Source: Macrostomum lignano
Taxonomy: Eukaryota
Direction: 5' to 3'
Assembly (NCBI GenBank): GCA_002269645.1
Contig: NIVC01001237.1
Location: 338,776 to 402,775, forward strand
DNA length: 64,000 bases
The translations under genes were made by a program, and so were the position numbers. Below, in pieces: positions 1 to 11,593 of the stretch (positions within the stretch are counted from its first letter, which is position 1; the number at the start of each line of letters is the position of its first letter). The notes under the pieces were generated by a model. That model was not told the origin of the DNA, ran no database searches, and saw only the letters and a program-made list of their open reading frames with translations.

Positions 1-75
1 GACAGACAGACTGGCAGACAGACAGACAGACAGACTGGCAGACAGACTGGCAGACAGACAGACAGACAGACTGGC

Positions 76-111
<36 letters not shown>

Positions 112-151
112 TGACTGGCAGACAGACAGACAGACACACAGACTGACTGGC

Positions 152-183
<32 letters not shown>

Positions 184-187
184 TGGC

Positions 188-231
<44 letters not shown>

Positions 232-277
232 TGGCAGACAGACTGGCAGACAGACAGACAGACTGGCAGACAGACAC

Positions 278-331
<54 letters not shown>

Positions 332-336
332 TGCAG
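1..336. repeat. (GACA)n microsatellite with GACTG/GACTGG interruptions, intronic upstream of the first visible syntaxin exon
   Basis: Directly visible tetranucleotide repeat. Confidence 0.97.
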
Positions 337-370
337 ACTCTAAACACACAGATCACTCCCACTGCCACAG

Positions 371-3300
371 GCGTACCAGACTGCTAGAGCAGTACAAGGC
401 ATCCGTGGCCAAGTACAAGCGGGTGCAAGAGACGGCAATGCGCAGGGTGCACGATCTGGTACAGCTGCAGCAGGAGCAGCAGCAGCAGCAGCAAGATGAA
501 GCGGCAGACCAGATGTCCGGCCTAGCCCGCCAAGACCAGCTGCAGGCCAACGCCGAGCTGTTGAACATGCAGAATCAGGAGCAGCGGATGCGCGAGATGC
601 TTGGCGACATACAGAATATCGAGGAGATGTTCAAGGAGCTGTCTAGCATGGTCTACGATCAGGGAATCATGTGTGAGCTCAAACTGCTTAATTTACTGTT
701 TCGAATCGAAGTTTGAAAACAATTCTGCGAAAATTAGCATTTGCGTTCCGTATAAGCAGCGGGAAAAACCAGCTAAAACTAAAGCTGAAATCCGGAAAAT
801 TTCCTCCGACAAATCTCGCATTTTGTCGTTATTCATGTACTCGTAGTTAGGAAGTCATATTGTGCTCATTTTACTGTCTCTGGTGTGTCTCTAAATCGCG
901 CTTCCTCTGTGTGCCCTCTGTTTCGCTCCACTCACTCACCGTGTGTTGCTCGCTTTTCTATCTGGTCATGTCTCTCAACCTATACATCTTCCCTCACTCT
1001 CACGCAACTCTCCCCTGTTCTCTCTCCCCTTCTCTCCCTCTCCCCTTCTCTCCCTCTCTCCCCTTCTCTCCCTCTCTCCCCTTCTCTCCCTCTCTCCCCT
1101 TCTCTCCCTCTCTCCCCTTCTCTACCCTTCTCTCCCTTCTCTCCCTCTCCCCTTCTCTCCCTCTCCCCTTCTCTCCCCTTCTCTCCCCTTCTCTTCCCTT
1201 CTCTCCCTCCCTTCTCTTTTCTCCCTCCCTTCTCTTTTCTCCCTCTTTCCCCTCCGTATCTCATCTATTTCTCTCTATTCTTTTCTCCTATCACTCTGTC
1301 ACTCCTGTTTTCCTTCCCCGCCTCTCCTCGCGGTCTTTATCTCTTCATTGCATCTCCCATCCTCTCCCTCTCTCCATTCTCACCATTACATGAAGACGCT
1401 AGCCTCTTTTAAACCCCGTCTCTTTAATCCAATCAACCGCTCGACCCTGCACAGGCGACGATATTGCGCAGAATGTGGCTTCGGCTGCCGACAACGCAGA
1501 GGAGGGCAGGGACCAGCTGCGGCAGGCGGTGGTGTACAAGGTGGGATATTCTCAGTTTTTGTGAACTTTTTACGTACATGTAGCTTCTTATCTCCTAAAT
1601 CTAAATTTAAATAATCACCTAAAGTAATGGGATTTGTCAGTCTAAGATCCCCTTGGATGGGATTCGACAGGCTAGAATCCCCTTGGATGGGATTTGACAG
1701 GCTAGAATCCCCTTGGATGGGAATTGACAGGCTAGAATCCCCTTGGATGGGATTTGACAGGCTAGAATTCCCTTGGATGGGATTTGACAGGCTAGAATCC
1801 CCTTGGATGGGATTTGGGGGGCTAGAATCCCCTTGGATGGGATTTGACACGCTGAAATCTGTTATGATGTGACCCTAATATATGCAGAAAATCGATTGAT
1901 TAAGCAGGTCTTTCATCAGACAAGAAATTGTTTTTTTCATTCTCAATAATTCATTCAATTTACTCTTGTTCCTTGCTGTTTAATTTCGGGTTCGTTTAAT
2001 CAATTTTAATTGCAATTTCCCTGCTTCTATCCCAATAGAATTGAAAAATGGGAATTTTGTTTTGGCACCTGGATCATACGTTTAAAGTGTTCCTTTGTCG
2101 TTAAAGGTTATTTTTAGCTGCATTTTGTTGACAATATTTTAGGCCCTTTTAAACATCCTTTGTTCTCGTCTCTATCGTCATGTTCTTTCTGTATTGGATA
2201 ATCCCATGTCCCTCACTATTGGATATTTCCATATCCCTCACTATTGGATAATCCCATATCCCTCACTATTGGATAATCACATATCCCTCACTATTGAATA
2301 ATCCCATGTCCCTCACTATTGGATAATCCCACATCCCTCACTATTGGATAATCCCATATCCATCACTATTGGATAATCCCATATCTCTCACTATTGGATA
2401 ATCCCATATCCCTCACTATTGGATAATCACATATCTCTCACTATTGGATAATCCCATATCCCTCACTATTGGATAATCCCACATCCCTCACTATTGGATA
2501 ATCCCACATCCCTCACTATTGGATAATCCCACATCCCTCACTATTGGATAATCCCATATCTCTCACTATTGAATAATCCCATATCCCTCACTATTGGATA
2601 ATCCCATATCCCTCACTATTGGATAATCCCATATCCCTCACTATTGGATAATCCCACATCCCTCACTATTGGATAATCCCACATCCCTCACTATTGGATA
2701 ATCCCACATCCCTCACTATTGGATAATCCCACATCCCTCACTATTGGATAATCCCACATCCCTCACTATTGGATAATCCCACATCCCTCACTATTGGGTA
2801 ATCCCACATCCCTCACTATTGGATAATCCCACATCCCTCACTATTGGATAATCCCACATCCCTCACTATTGGATAATCCCATATCCCTCACTATTGGATA
2901 ATCCCACATCCCTCACTATTGGATAATCCCACATCCCTCACTATTGGGTAATCCCACATCCCTCACTATTGGATAATCCCATATCCTTCACTATTGGATA
3001 ATCCCATATCCCTTACTATTGGATAATCCCATATCCCTCACTATTGGATAATCCCATATCCCTTACTATTGGATAATCCCATATCCCTTACTATTGGATA
3101 ATCCCATATCCCTTACTATTGGATAATCCCATATCTCTTGTAGTACTTAGAGTTGTCTCGGGGTTGTCTCGAAGTGGCCGGGTAGGTCTTTGAATCCCAC
3201 CGCTGCCACCAGTGAAGTACTTGTGCGTCTCCTGCTGTCTAGCACAGTGATTTGGGCTCTCCGTCTTCTCACTCGGAAGCCTTCTCAATTCTCAGTAGCG

Positions 3301-4812
3301 TAGGTAGTGCTGCCACCAGTTCCTTCAGGTCTCGGCCTTCGATGAGGTGAGCTTCCCGTCGGAACGAAATAACGAAGTCAACGAACACAGCACCGGGAGC
3401 AGATTTGCAGCTCAATGTAACAGGCGTCTCGTTAGCAGTACCTGCCGGGCTTGGTTAGTGCAGGGAGAGCGGTGTTAGTCTCTCTTAGGCAAGGGTTGAC
3501 TTTAGTGGGATCACAGTCAGACCAATAGGAGAGAACTCACTGAACGCAGGCACTTAGAAAACGGGTGACTCAAACTTAGACTCGGAAGTTCGAAACTAAG
3601 AACTAGAAACTAGAGACTCCTTGACGGAAACAAGGGGGAGGGGGTCCTATTTATAGCGCGGGATTCACCCCTGGTCCATTGCACAATATCTCGTGACTCG
3701 TTCTATTTTTAGAACTGACGTCACTCAAAGCCTCCGGGCAGAGTCCCAATGCGCGCAAGACCTCGTGACTCGTTCTATTCTTAGAACTGACGTTACTTGG
3801 GGTCTTCAGGCAGAGTGCACGCGGCTGTGACTCAGTTGCTATTTTTAGCAACATGAATCACTCCTCTCCTTAGAGAAGGGAGGGGGCCGTAAGCACGTGA
3901 CTCTCCCGGTAAACAGGACCAGCGAGTGCAGTAAAAATGTTTACTGCACTTTAAGACTCCAAGAAAACAAGGCCTGTCATGTGACTGGCTCACATGACAG
4001 GGAAACAGAGACTGACGAAACAAGGACAGCCCACAGCAGAGAAGCTGAGGGCTGAGAAACGAAGGGCAACACGGGCAGAAGGAGGGAAGGGAGTAGCAAC
4101 AGACAGCCAAAAGAAGGGAGGCGGGAAGCTGATCAGCGGCAGACAGCAACCCAGGGCGAGGGCGAGGGCAAGGGCAACTGCTGACAAAGTGCGACGCCTA
4201 ACATTAACTAGCGGATCACTGCACTCTCACTATTGGATAATCCCATATCTCTCACTATTGGATAATACCATATCCCTCACTATTGGATAATCCCATATCT
4301 CTCACTATTGGATAATCCCATATCCCTCACTATTGGATAATCCCATATCCCTCACTATTGGATAATCCCACATCCCTCACTATTGGATAATCCCACATCC
4401 CTCACTATTGGATAATCCCATATCCCTCACTATTGGATAATCCCATATCCCTTACTATTGGATAATCCCATATCCCTCACTATTGGATAATCCCATATCT
4501 CTCACTATTGGATAATCACATATCCATCACTATTGGATAATCCCATATCCCTCACTATTGGATAATCCCATATCTCTCACTATTGGATAATCCCATATCT
4601 CTCACTATTGGATAATCACATATCCATCACTATTGGATAATCCCACATCCCTCACTATTGGATAATCCCACATCCCTCACTATTGGATAATAATCCCACT
4701 AAAAACACTTCAGCGCAAGGCCCGCAAGAAGTGCATCATTTTAATCATCGTTGGCATTGTTGTGGCGGGAATCCTGGCCCTGATCATCTATCTGTCAGTA
4801 CGCGGCCATTAG
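371..4812 (+). CDS. Syntaxin-7/12-like Qa-SNARE, 3' part (5' exons lie upstream of the window). Exons about 371-672, 1455-1540, 4714-4812
   Basis: Spliced translation: ..RTRLLEQYKASVAKYKRVQE..(Habc end)..IQNIEEMFKELSSMVYDQGIM|CDDIAQNVASAADNAEEGRDQLRQAVVYK|RKARKKCIILIIVGIVVAGILALIIYLSVRGH*. This is a SNARE motif with central Q, a basic juxtamembrane segment and a C-terminal TM. GT-AG junctions are phase-consistent (673 gtgagc/1454 cag; 1541 gtggga/4713 cag). AATAAA at 4836. The first acceptor could be 351 or 370. The last two exons are absent from the ORF track. Confidence 0.9.
1010..1385. repeat. CT-rich low-complexity repeat (CTCTCCCCTT-like) in syntaxin intron
   Basis: Visible polypyrimidine repeat; source of the spurious ORFs at 860-1614. 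Confidence 0.9.
1627..1850. repeat. 30-bp minisatellite (ATCCCCTTGGATGGGATTTGACAGGCTAGA), about 7 copies
   Basis: CCTTGGATGG recurs at 1651, 1681, 1711 and onward. Confidence 0.95.
2192..4699. repeat. 25-bp minisatellite (CCCTCACTATTGGATAATCCCATAT), split by a solo LTR at 3139-4223
   Basis: Period of 25 visible on both sides of the insertion. Confidence 0.95.
3139..4223 (-). mobile_element. Solo LTR (1085 bp), probably Ty3/gypsy type
   Basis: Begins TGTAGT and ends ACTGCA (TG..CA with short imperfect terminal IR). Flanked by a 4-bp duplication CTCT (3135-3138, 4224-4227) of the host repeat unit. TATAAATA on the minus strand near 3648-3655. No internal ORF seen. Confidence 0.85.
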
Positions 4813-5229
4813 ACTCGAGTTCGACGCCAATCCGAAATAAATAGATTGATAGAACTTTTATTTTTACCTGTAATTACAGCAAATACTCCACAATTTGCGA
4901 TCACGCTACTGCCTAAAATAAGATTAACTTTGTTAAAAGCTTTCTCGACCCATCACTAAAATTGTCTGACTCACTTTCTGAATTGATTTCTCCTCTTCCA
5001 TTTCATATCCAGGCCAATTAATGTTTGCTTATGTATAGCTCTTTTGTAACTTCAGTAAACCAAGTTTCTATCTGGTTTGGACAATTGATGACTTTTTTAA
5101 TGTTGTGTTCAAATCTCACATACGTTATTGGCTTTGTATTGTAATTAAAATGTAATAAACAATCGAAATATTACTTTTTATATTACTGATTACATTTCAG
5201 TGCAAGCTACTTTACTTAAAAGTTTCTGA

Positions 5230-5575
5230 TCTAACTAGTACTTTAGTGTTCTAGTACTTCAGTATTCTATTTTTAGTACTAGTACTTTAGTACTCTAGTA
5301 CTTTATTTAGTACCCTAGTACTTTAGTACTCTAGTGTTTTCGTACTCTAGTACTTTAGTACTCTAGCACTTTGGTACTTTATTACTTTAGTACTCTAGTA
5401 CTTTAGTACTCTAGTACTTTAGTACTCTAGTACTTTAGTACTCTAGTACTTTAGTACTCTAGTACTTTAGTACTCTAGCATTTTAGTACTCTAGCACTTT
5501 AGTACTCTAGCACTTTAGTACTCTAGTACTTTAGTACTCTTCTACTTCAGTACTCTTCTACTTCAGTAATCTAGC
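5230..5575. repeat. 8/16-bp repeat (TAGTACTTTAGTACTC) built on the palindrome AGTACT
   Basis: Visible tandem repeat. Confidence 0.9.
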
Positions 5576-6282
5576 ACTTAATTCGCATATTAAACAATAA
5601 GGAAAAACAATAATTATTGCTGACATTTAAATTTAATCTGCACAGCAAGTTTTTGGTGATTTCAGTATTAATTTGTTGTCTATTTGTACTCATACATGCC
5701 CTGCTATGTAGATCGCCCAAATTAAGTAAATACTTTCGTAGCCTATAATCGAAAACTTGCTTCTTGAAAATTATTTTTTGTACGCTCGGGTAAACTTTTC
5801 TGTGTACAATTGTACATACAGGAATTATTGATTTTTATATCAATAAACTTTTCATATTATAAAGAATAAAAACCGACTGTTGGATATTAATCAATACTTC
5901 GCTAGTAATTCCCAAGAAAACTTTAATTCATTCAGTTTTATATAATTGTTGCGGTCGCTTTCGGAGTTTATTGATTGCTTTTAAATACACCAGACACAAG
6001 ATGCAAGAGACTTGAAAGATCTCTACAGCCATGTTTTTACTCAAGAATTGTACGATATGAAAAAAGTACTTCCTAAGCTTTTTGTTCTGTATGCTGTGCG
6101 CCTTAGTGATTGATTGATTTATGAGTGCCTGTCTGAGCAGCTTAACCTGCTGCTCATTCCAGCCTCAGAGCAGCTCGCCTGATGGATGGCTCTGAAATTT
6201 GTCTCAACTTTATAAGTTTTTACTTTTCTAAGCTCAGATAGGCATCCTCGCTTCCTGTTTTGATTTTTTAATGCATCCTAAA

Positions 6283-7615
6283 TCCCCATGGATAAGCATC
6301 CCATCCCATGTCCCTATGGATAAGCATCCCATGTCCCTATGGATAAGCATCCCTTGTCCCTATGGATAAGCATCCCATGTCCCCATGGATAAACATCCCA
6401 TGTCCCTATGGATAAGCATCCCATGTCCCCATGAATAAGCATCCCATATCCCCATGGATAAGCATCCCATGTCCCCATGGATAAACATCCCATGTCCCTA
6501 TGGATAAGCATCCCATGTCCCCATGAATAAGCATCCCATATCCCCATGGATAAGCATCCCATGTCCCCATGGATAAACATCCCATGTCCCTATGGATAAG
6601 ATGGATAAGCATCCCACATCCCCATGGATAAGCATCCCATGTCCCTATGGACACGCATCCCATGTACCCATGGATGAGCATCCCATGTACCCATGGATGA
6701 GCATCCCATGTCCCTATGGATAAGCATCCCATGTACCCATGATGAGCATCCCATGTACCCATGGATGAGCATCCCATGTACCCATGGATGAGCATCCCAT
6801 GTCCCTATGGATAAGCATCCCATGTCCCTATGGATAAGCATCCCATGTCCCTATGGATAAGCATCCCATGTCCCTATGGATAAGCATCCCATGTCCCTAT
6901 GGATAAGCATCCCATGTACCCATGGATGAGCAATGAGCATCCCATGTCCCTATGGATAAGCATCCCATGTACCCATGGATGAGCAATGAGCATCCCATGT
7001 CCCTATGGATAAGCATCCCATGTCCCTATGGATAAGCATCCCATGTCCCTATGGATAAGCATCCCATGTCCCTATGGATAAGCATCCCATGTCCCTATGG
7101 ATAAGCATCCCATGTCCCTATGGATAAGCATCCCATGTACCCATGGATGAGCATCCCATGTCCCTATGGATAAGCATCCCATGTCCCTATGGATAAGCAT
7201 CCCATGTCCCTATGGATAAGCATCCCATGTCCCTATGGATAAGCATCCCATGTCCCTATGGATAAGCATCCCATGTCCCTATGGATAAGCATCCCATGTA
7301 CCCATGGATGAGCAATGAGCATCCCATGTCCCTATGGATAAGCATCCCATGTCCCTATGGATAAGCATCCCATGTCCCTATGGATAAGCATCCCATGTCC
7401 CTATGGATAAGCATCCCATGTACCCATGGATGAGCAATGAGCATCCCATGTCCCTATGGATAAGCATCCCATGTACCCATGGATGAGCAATGAGCATCCC
7501 ATGTCCCTATGGATAAGCATCCCATGTACCCATGGATGAGCATCCCGAATTCCCACAGATAAGCATCCCCGATTCCCATGGATAAGCATCCCCGATTCCT
7601 ATGGATAAACATCCC
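6283..7615. repeat. 23-bp minisatellite (ATGGATAAGCATCCCATGTCCCT)
   Basis: Visible tandem repeat with GAGCAATGAGC variants. Confidence 0.95.
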
Positions 7616-7913
7616 ATGGCTCCATCGCAAACTCGTCCCACGCAAAGGTCGGGCGCATCAAAGAGAGCTCAGCGATCCGAAAATCTTTTAATTATGAACT
7701 CATTTTCTTTTACTTGGAAGAGGCGCGGAAGAAGCGTGCAGCCACTGGAACGCGGGGCTGCTCTTTGATTAAAAAATCAAGCTGCTTTTAAACCTGCACC
7801 TTTTCGTGCTTGCGTCTGCAACTTGAGCTGCTTGCATTTAGCGGGAACTTGCATGGGAATAAAAGACAAGTCAGGAAAGCAGACAGCATTGGAAAGATGA
7901 GATAGCCTTAAGT

Positions 7914-8342
7914 ATCGCTGACTATTTGAGATTATTCAACCTGAAGTGTCGCTGACTATTTGAGATTATTCAACCTGAATTGTCGCTGACTATTTGAGAT
8001 TATTCAACCTGAAGTGTCGCTGACTATTTGAGATTATTCAACCTGAATTGTCGCTGACTATTTGAGATTATTCAACCTGAAGTGTCGCTGACTATTTGAG
8101 ATTATTCAACCTGAATTGTCGCTGACTATTTGAGATTATTCAACCTGAAGTGTCGCTGACTATTTGAGATTATTCAACCTGAATTGTCGCTGACTATTTG
8201 AGATTATTCAACCTGAAGTGTCGCTGACTATTTGAGATTATTCAACCTGAAATGTCGCTGACTATTTGAGATTATTCAACCTGAATTGTCGCTGACTATT
8301 TGAGATTATTCAACCTGAATTGTCGCTGACTATTTGAGATAA
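7914..8342. repeat. 34-bp minisatellite (TGTCGCTGACTATTTGAGATTATTCAACCTGAAK), about 12.5 copies
   Basis: TGTCGC at 7981 and 8015; AAG/AAT variants mostly alternate. Confidence 0.95.
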
Positions 8343-8443
8343 TCGTTTGTACTTTTCTTGCAATTCATAAAACAATGTTTGCCCTGTATATTTTAATTGC
8401 GAAGTGATTCAAGTTGGTATTTTCAATTTTCACGAAACAGGAG

Positions 8444-8690
8444 GAGCCCGCGGGCTCGCTCTGAATTATAGTACAGAAGCACCTGCCCGTCTTTCCCATG
8501 GCGGCGGCTGCTCATTGGACGAGGCTCGCCCAGCCAATGAGAGTTTAGATCGCATCAGTTAAATTGGAAGCGTCAACTGATACAGGATCCTGCTGGCTAT
8601 CCTGCTTTATCAGGCTCTCTCTACCGCAAGTGTTGGTACAATTTTAGCCAGAGAGAAGACCTACCTGCCTTATCAGCATCTACGTAAGTT
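8444..8690 (+). promoter_or_regulatory. Possible promoter / non-coding first exon upstream of the GPCR
   Basis: 14-bp palindrome GAGCCCGCGGGCTC (8444-8457), inverted CCAAT pair (CTCATTGG 8511, CCAATGAG 8534) and a GTAAGT donor-like site at 8684. No transcript evidence. Confidence 0.25.
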
Positions 8691-9231
8691 CCTAATCCGT
8701 GTTTATGTGCGTTATTCTTCACTTCCCAGGTCTGACCTTATTGATTGAGTAAAAGCCAAATTTGATTCATTATATGGACTTTACTGTCCGGCCGAGAAAA
8801 CACCGAGAAATGGCATCCCCTCAACTGAAATGGCATCCCCTCAACCGAAATGTCTGCCCTTCAATAAAGTGGCCGAAATCATATTTAATCAACGCTATCA
8901 AACGTTTTGCCCAGATCAAAACAAACAGACTGGACCTCATAACAAAGTGTCAGTTTAAATTAATGCTCCCCACACGAGGTTTCGCTATGCTGTTTAGTCT
9001 CTTTCCTGCCTTCAGCTCAAGTGAAGTCTTCGATCCGATGAAGCCAACTAAAATTTGCATGTCCTCAAATGATGAGAAGCCCCAAACCTACACGCGATAT
9101 TGCATTTCATTAGTTTTTGCGAGTTGCACAATTTATAATTATACATAGAAGATGCACTAAAAGGCCTTACTGGCCTTACAGGCAATGCATGCAGTTGGAG
9201 AAGCCAATGCAGTTCTTGTTGACATACTTCT

Positions 9232-9620
9232 TTGCTGCGGGGGTGTGTCACTCCACAGTGTGACCTGCTGTAGAATGTCACTCCACAGTGTGACCTGCTG
9301 CAGAATGTCACTCCACAGTGTGACCTGCTGCGGGGGTGTGTCACTCCACAGTGTGACCTGCTGTAGAATGTCACTCCACAGTGTGACCTGCTGCAGAATG
9401 TCACTCCACAGTGTGACCTGCTGCGGGGGTGTGTCACTCCACAGTGTGACCTGCTGCGGGGGTGTGTCACTCCACAGTGTGACCTGCTGCGGGGGTGTGT
9501 CACTCCATAGTGTGACCTGCTGCGGGGGTGTGTCACTCCACAGTGTGACCTGCTGCAGAATATGTCACTCCACAGTGTGACCTGCTGCATAGTTTTGTCA
9601 CTCCATAATTTGTCACTCCA
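9232..9620. repeat. 30-33-bp minisatellite (GTCACTCCACAGTGTGACCTGCTGC + GGGGGTGT or AGAAT)
   Basis: Two unit variants; each unit contains a GTCAC..GTGAC stem. Confidence 0.93.
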
Positions 9621-10019
9621 GGTCATTCCATAGTGATTCATAGTGCAGCAGTATGATAAATATATCAAATATATATTTATAGATGGAATTAGCTTCAATT
9701 AGTAGTGCTTAATTAACTAGGAATGCCTAATTAGGGTTGAGCAGCTATACTGCATACAGTGAGCATAGAGTGAGGAGTAAAGAGCCACTTATCAGTCCCT
9801 GGCAGCAGTTGCTGAAACGGCTGAATCAGGCTTTGAGTTGGGCGCCATTTGCATACATAGTAGTTGTTAGCTAAGCTGTTCTCAGATGCAGCGATGCGGT
9901 GTGTACTATTATTGTATTACATGTTCAATATGGAGCACATTAGAAGCGGTTTTTAATGAGTCGGTGTGTGTCACTTTGCTGATCCCTAATTGTGCAAGTC
10001 AAAACAACTGGTGGGCAAC

Positions 10020-10410
10020 ACGAGGGAGAGAAGGGAAGAAAGAGGTGAGAGTGGAGCGGTTGAGAATGGAGAGGGAGAGGGGAGAGTTGGAAGGAGGGGA
10101 GAGGGAAGAATGGAGAGGTAGATCTAGGGTAGAGGTAGAGGGGAGAGGTAGAGGGGAGAGGTAGAGGGGAGAGGTAGAGGGGAGAGGTAGAGTCAGGAGA
10201 TAGAATGGAGGGTAGAGTGGAGGGTAGAATGGAGAGAGGTAGAGTGGAGAGGTAGAGTTAGGGGGTAGAGTTGAGAAGTAGAGACGGAAAGGGGTGAGGA
10301 ACAGGAGAGGGAGGGGAGACGGGAGGGATAGTGGAGTGGTAGATGGTAGAGTTAAGAAGTAGAGAAGAGAGTGAGAGAGAGAAAGGGGAGGAGCAGTGGG
10401 TGGAGAAGTT
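10020..10410. repeat. GA-rich polypurine low-complexity tract
   Basis: Visible. Confidence 0.85.
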
Positions 10411-10984
10411 GGGATAAATATGAATAGTACAGAACACGATCGTGCACACAGAAGGGCACTCAGACTAACAAAGTGATGCAGGATGCTGAGCGGAGAGGAT
10501 TCCATTCTAGCTCAGTGTCCAGGCGACTATAGACTCAAGCAGTTGTATAAATAGGGAATACCCGACAGGAAAATGAAACTGCAAACAAGAGAAAATTGCA
10601 CGCAATCAGAGATTATGCCGTACCATCAAATGATCCATAAGTACAAAAGTACATTAAAGCTATGCAGCCACATTGTGCTTGTCAGTTTGGCCGTCTGATA
10701 TTCGTCAATGCCAAGTTAAAAATATCAATAGTTTGGCTTCCGACTTCAGAAAAGGATTGAAATTCGCACCCATGCCCCCCCTGCCGTGCCAGGTTGTCCG
10801 TCTTCAGGGAGAGAAGAGGCGCCCAGCATTTCATGTCTTTGAGCAGATCATCTGGCTATTTTTAGCTAATAACTTTTACATTGTTGACTGCAGGCGCTCC
10901 GACAGCGGCATACATACATTGTTTGAGTTTTGAGGTTTTTTCATGATCGTAAAAAAGCAAGCCCTGTTGCGGCTTTGAACTCGG

Positions 10985-11575
10985 ATCGGCAGATAAATCA
11001 GTAGATAGATCAGTAGATAGATCAGTAGATAGATCAGTAGATAGATCGGCAGATAGATCGGATACTGATAGATCAACTGATAGATCAGTAGATAGATTAG
11101 TAGATATATCGGCAGATATATCGGCAGATAGATCGCTAGATAGATCGGTAGATAAATCAGTAGAAAGATAGGCAGATAGATCGGTAGATAGATTATAGTA
11201 GATAGATCGACAGATAGATAGATCGGCAGATAGATCGGCAGATAGATCGGCAGATAGATCAGCAGATAGATCGGCAGATAGATCGGCAGATAGATCGGCA
11301 GATAGATCAGCAGATAGATCGGCAGATAGATCGGCAGATAGATCGGCAGATAGATCGGCAGATAGATCGGCAGATAGATCGGCAGATAGATCGGCAGATA
11401 GATCGGCAGATATATCGGCAGATAGATCGGCAGATAGATCGGCAGATAGATCGGCAGATAGATCGGCAGATAGATCGGCAGATAGATCGGCAGATAGATC
11501 GGCAGATAGATCGGCAGATAGATCGGCAGATAGATCGGCAGATAGATCGGCAGATAGATCGGCAGATAGATCGGG
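10985..11575. repeat. 12-bp (GATAGATCGGCA)n array ending just before the GPCR ORF
   Basis: Visible; a related array is at 13950-14145. Confidence 0.95.
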
Positions 11576-11593
11576 CCGCCAGAGCAGTCAAGC

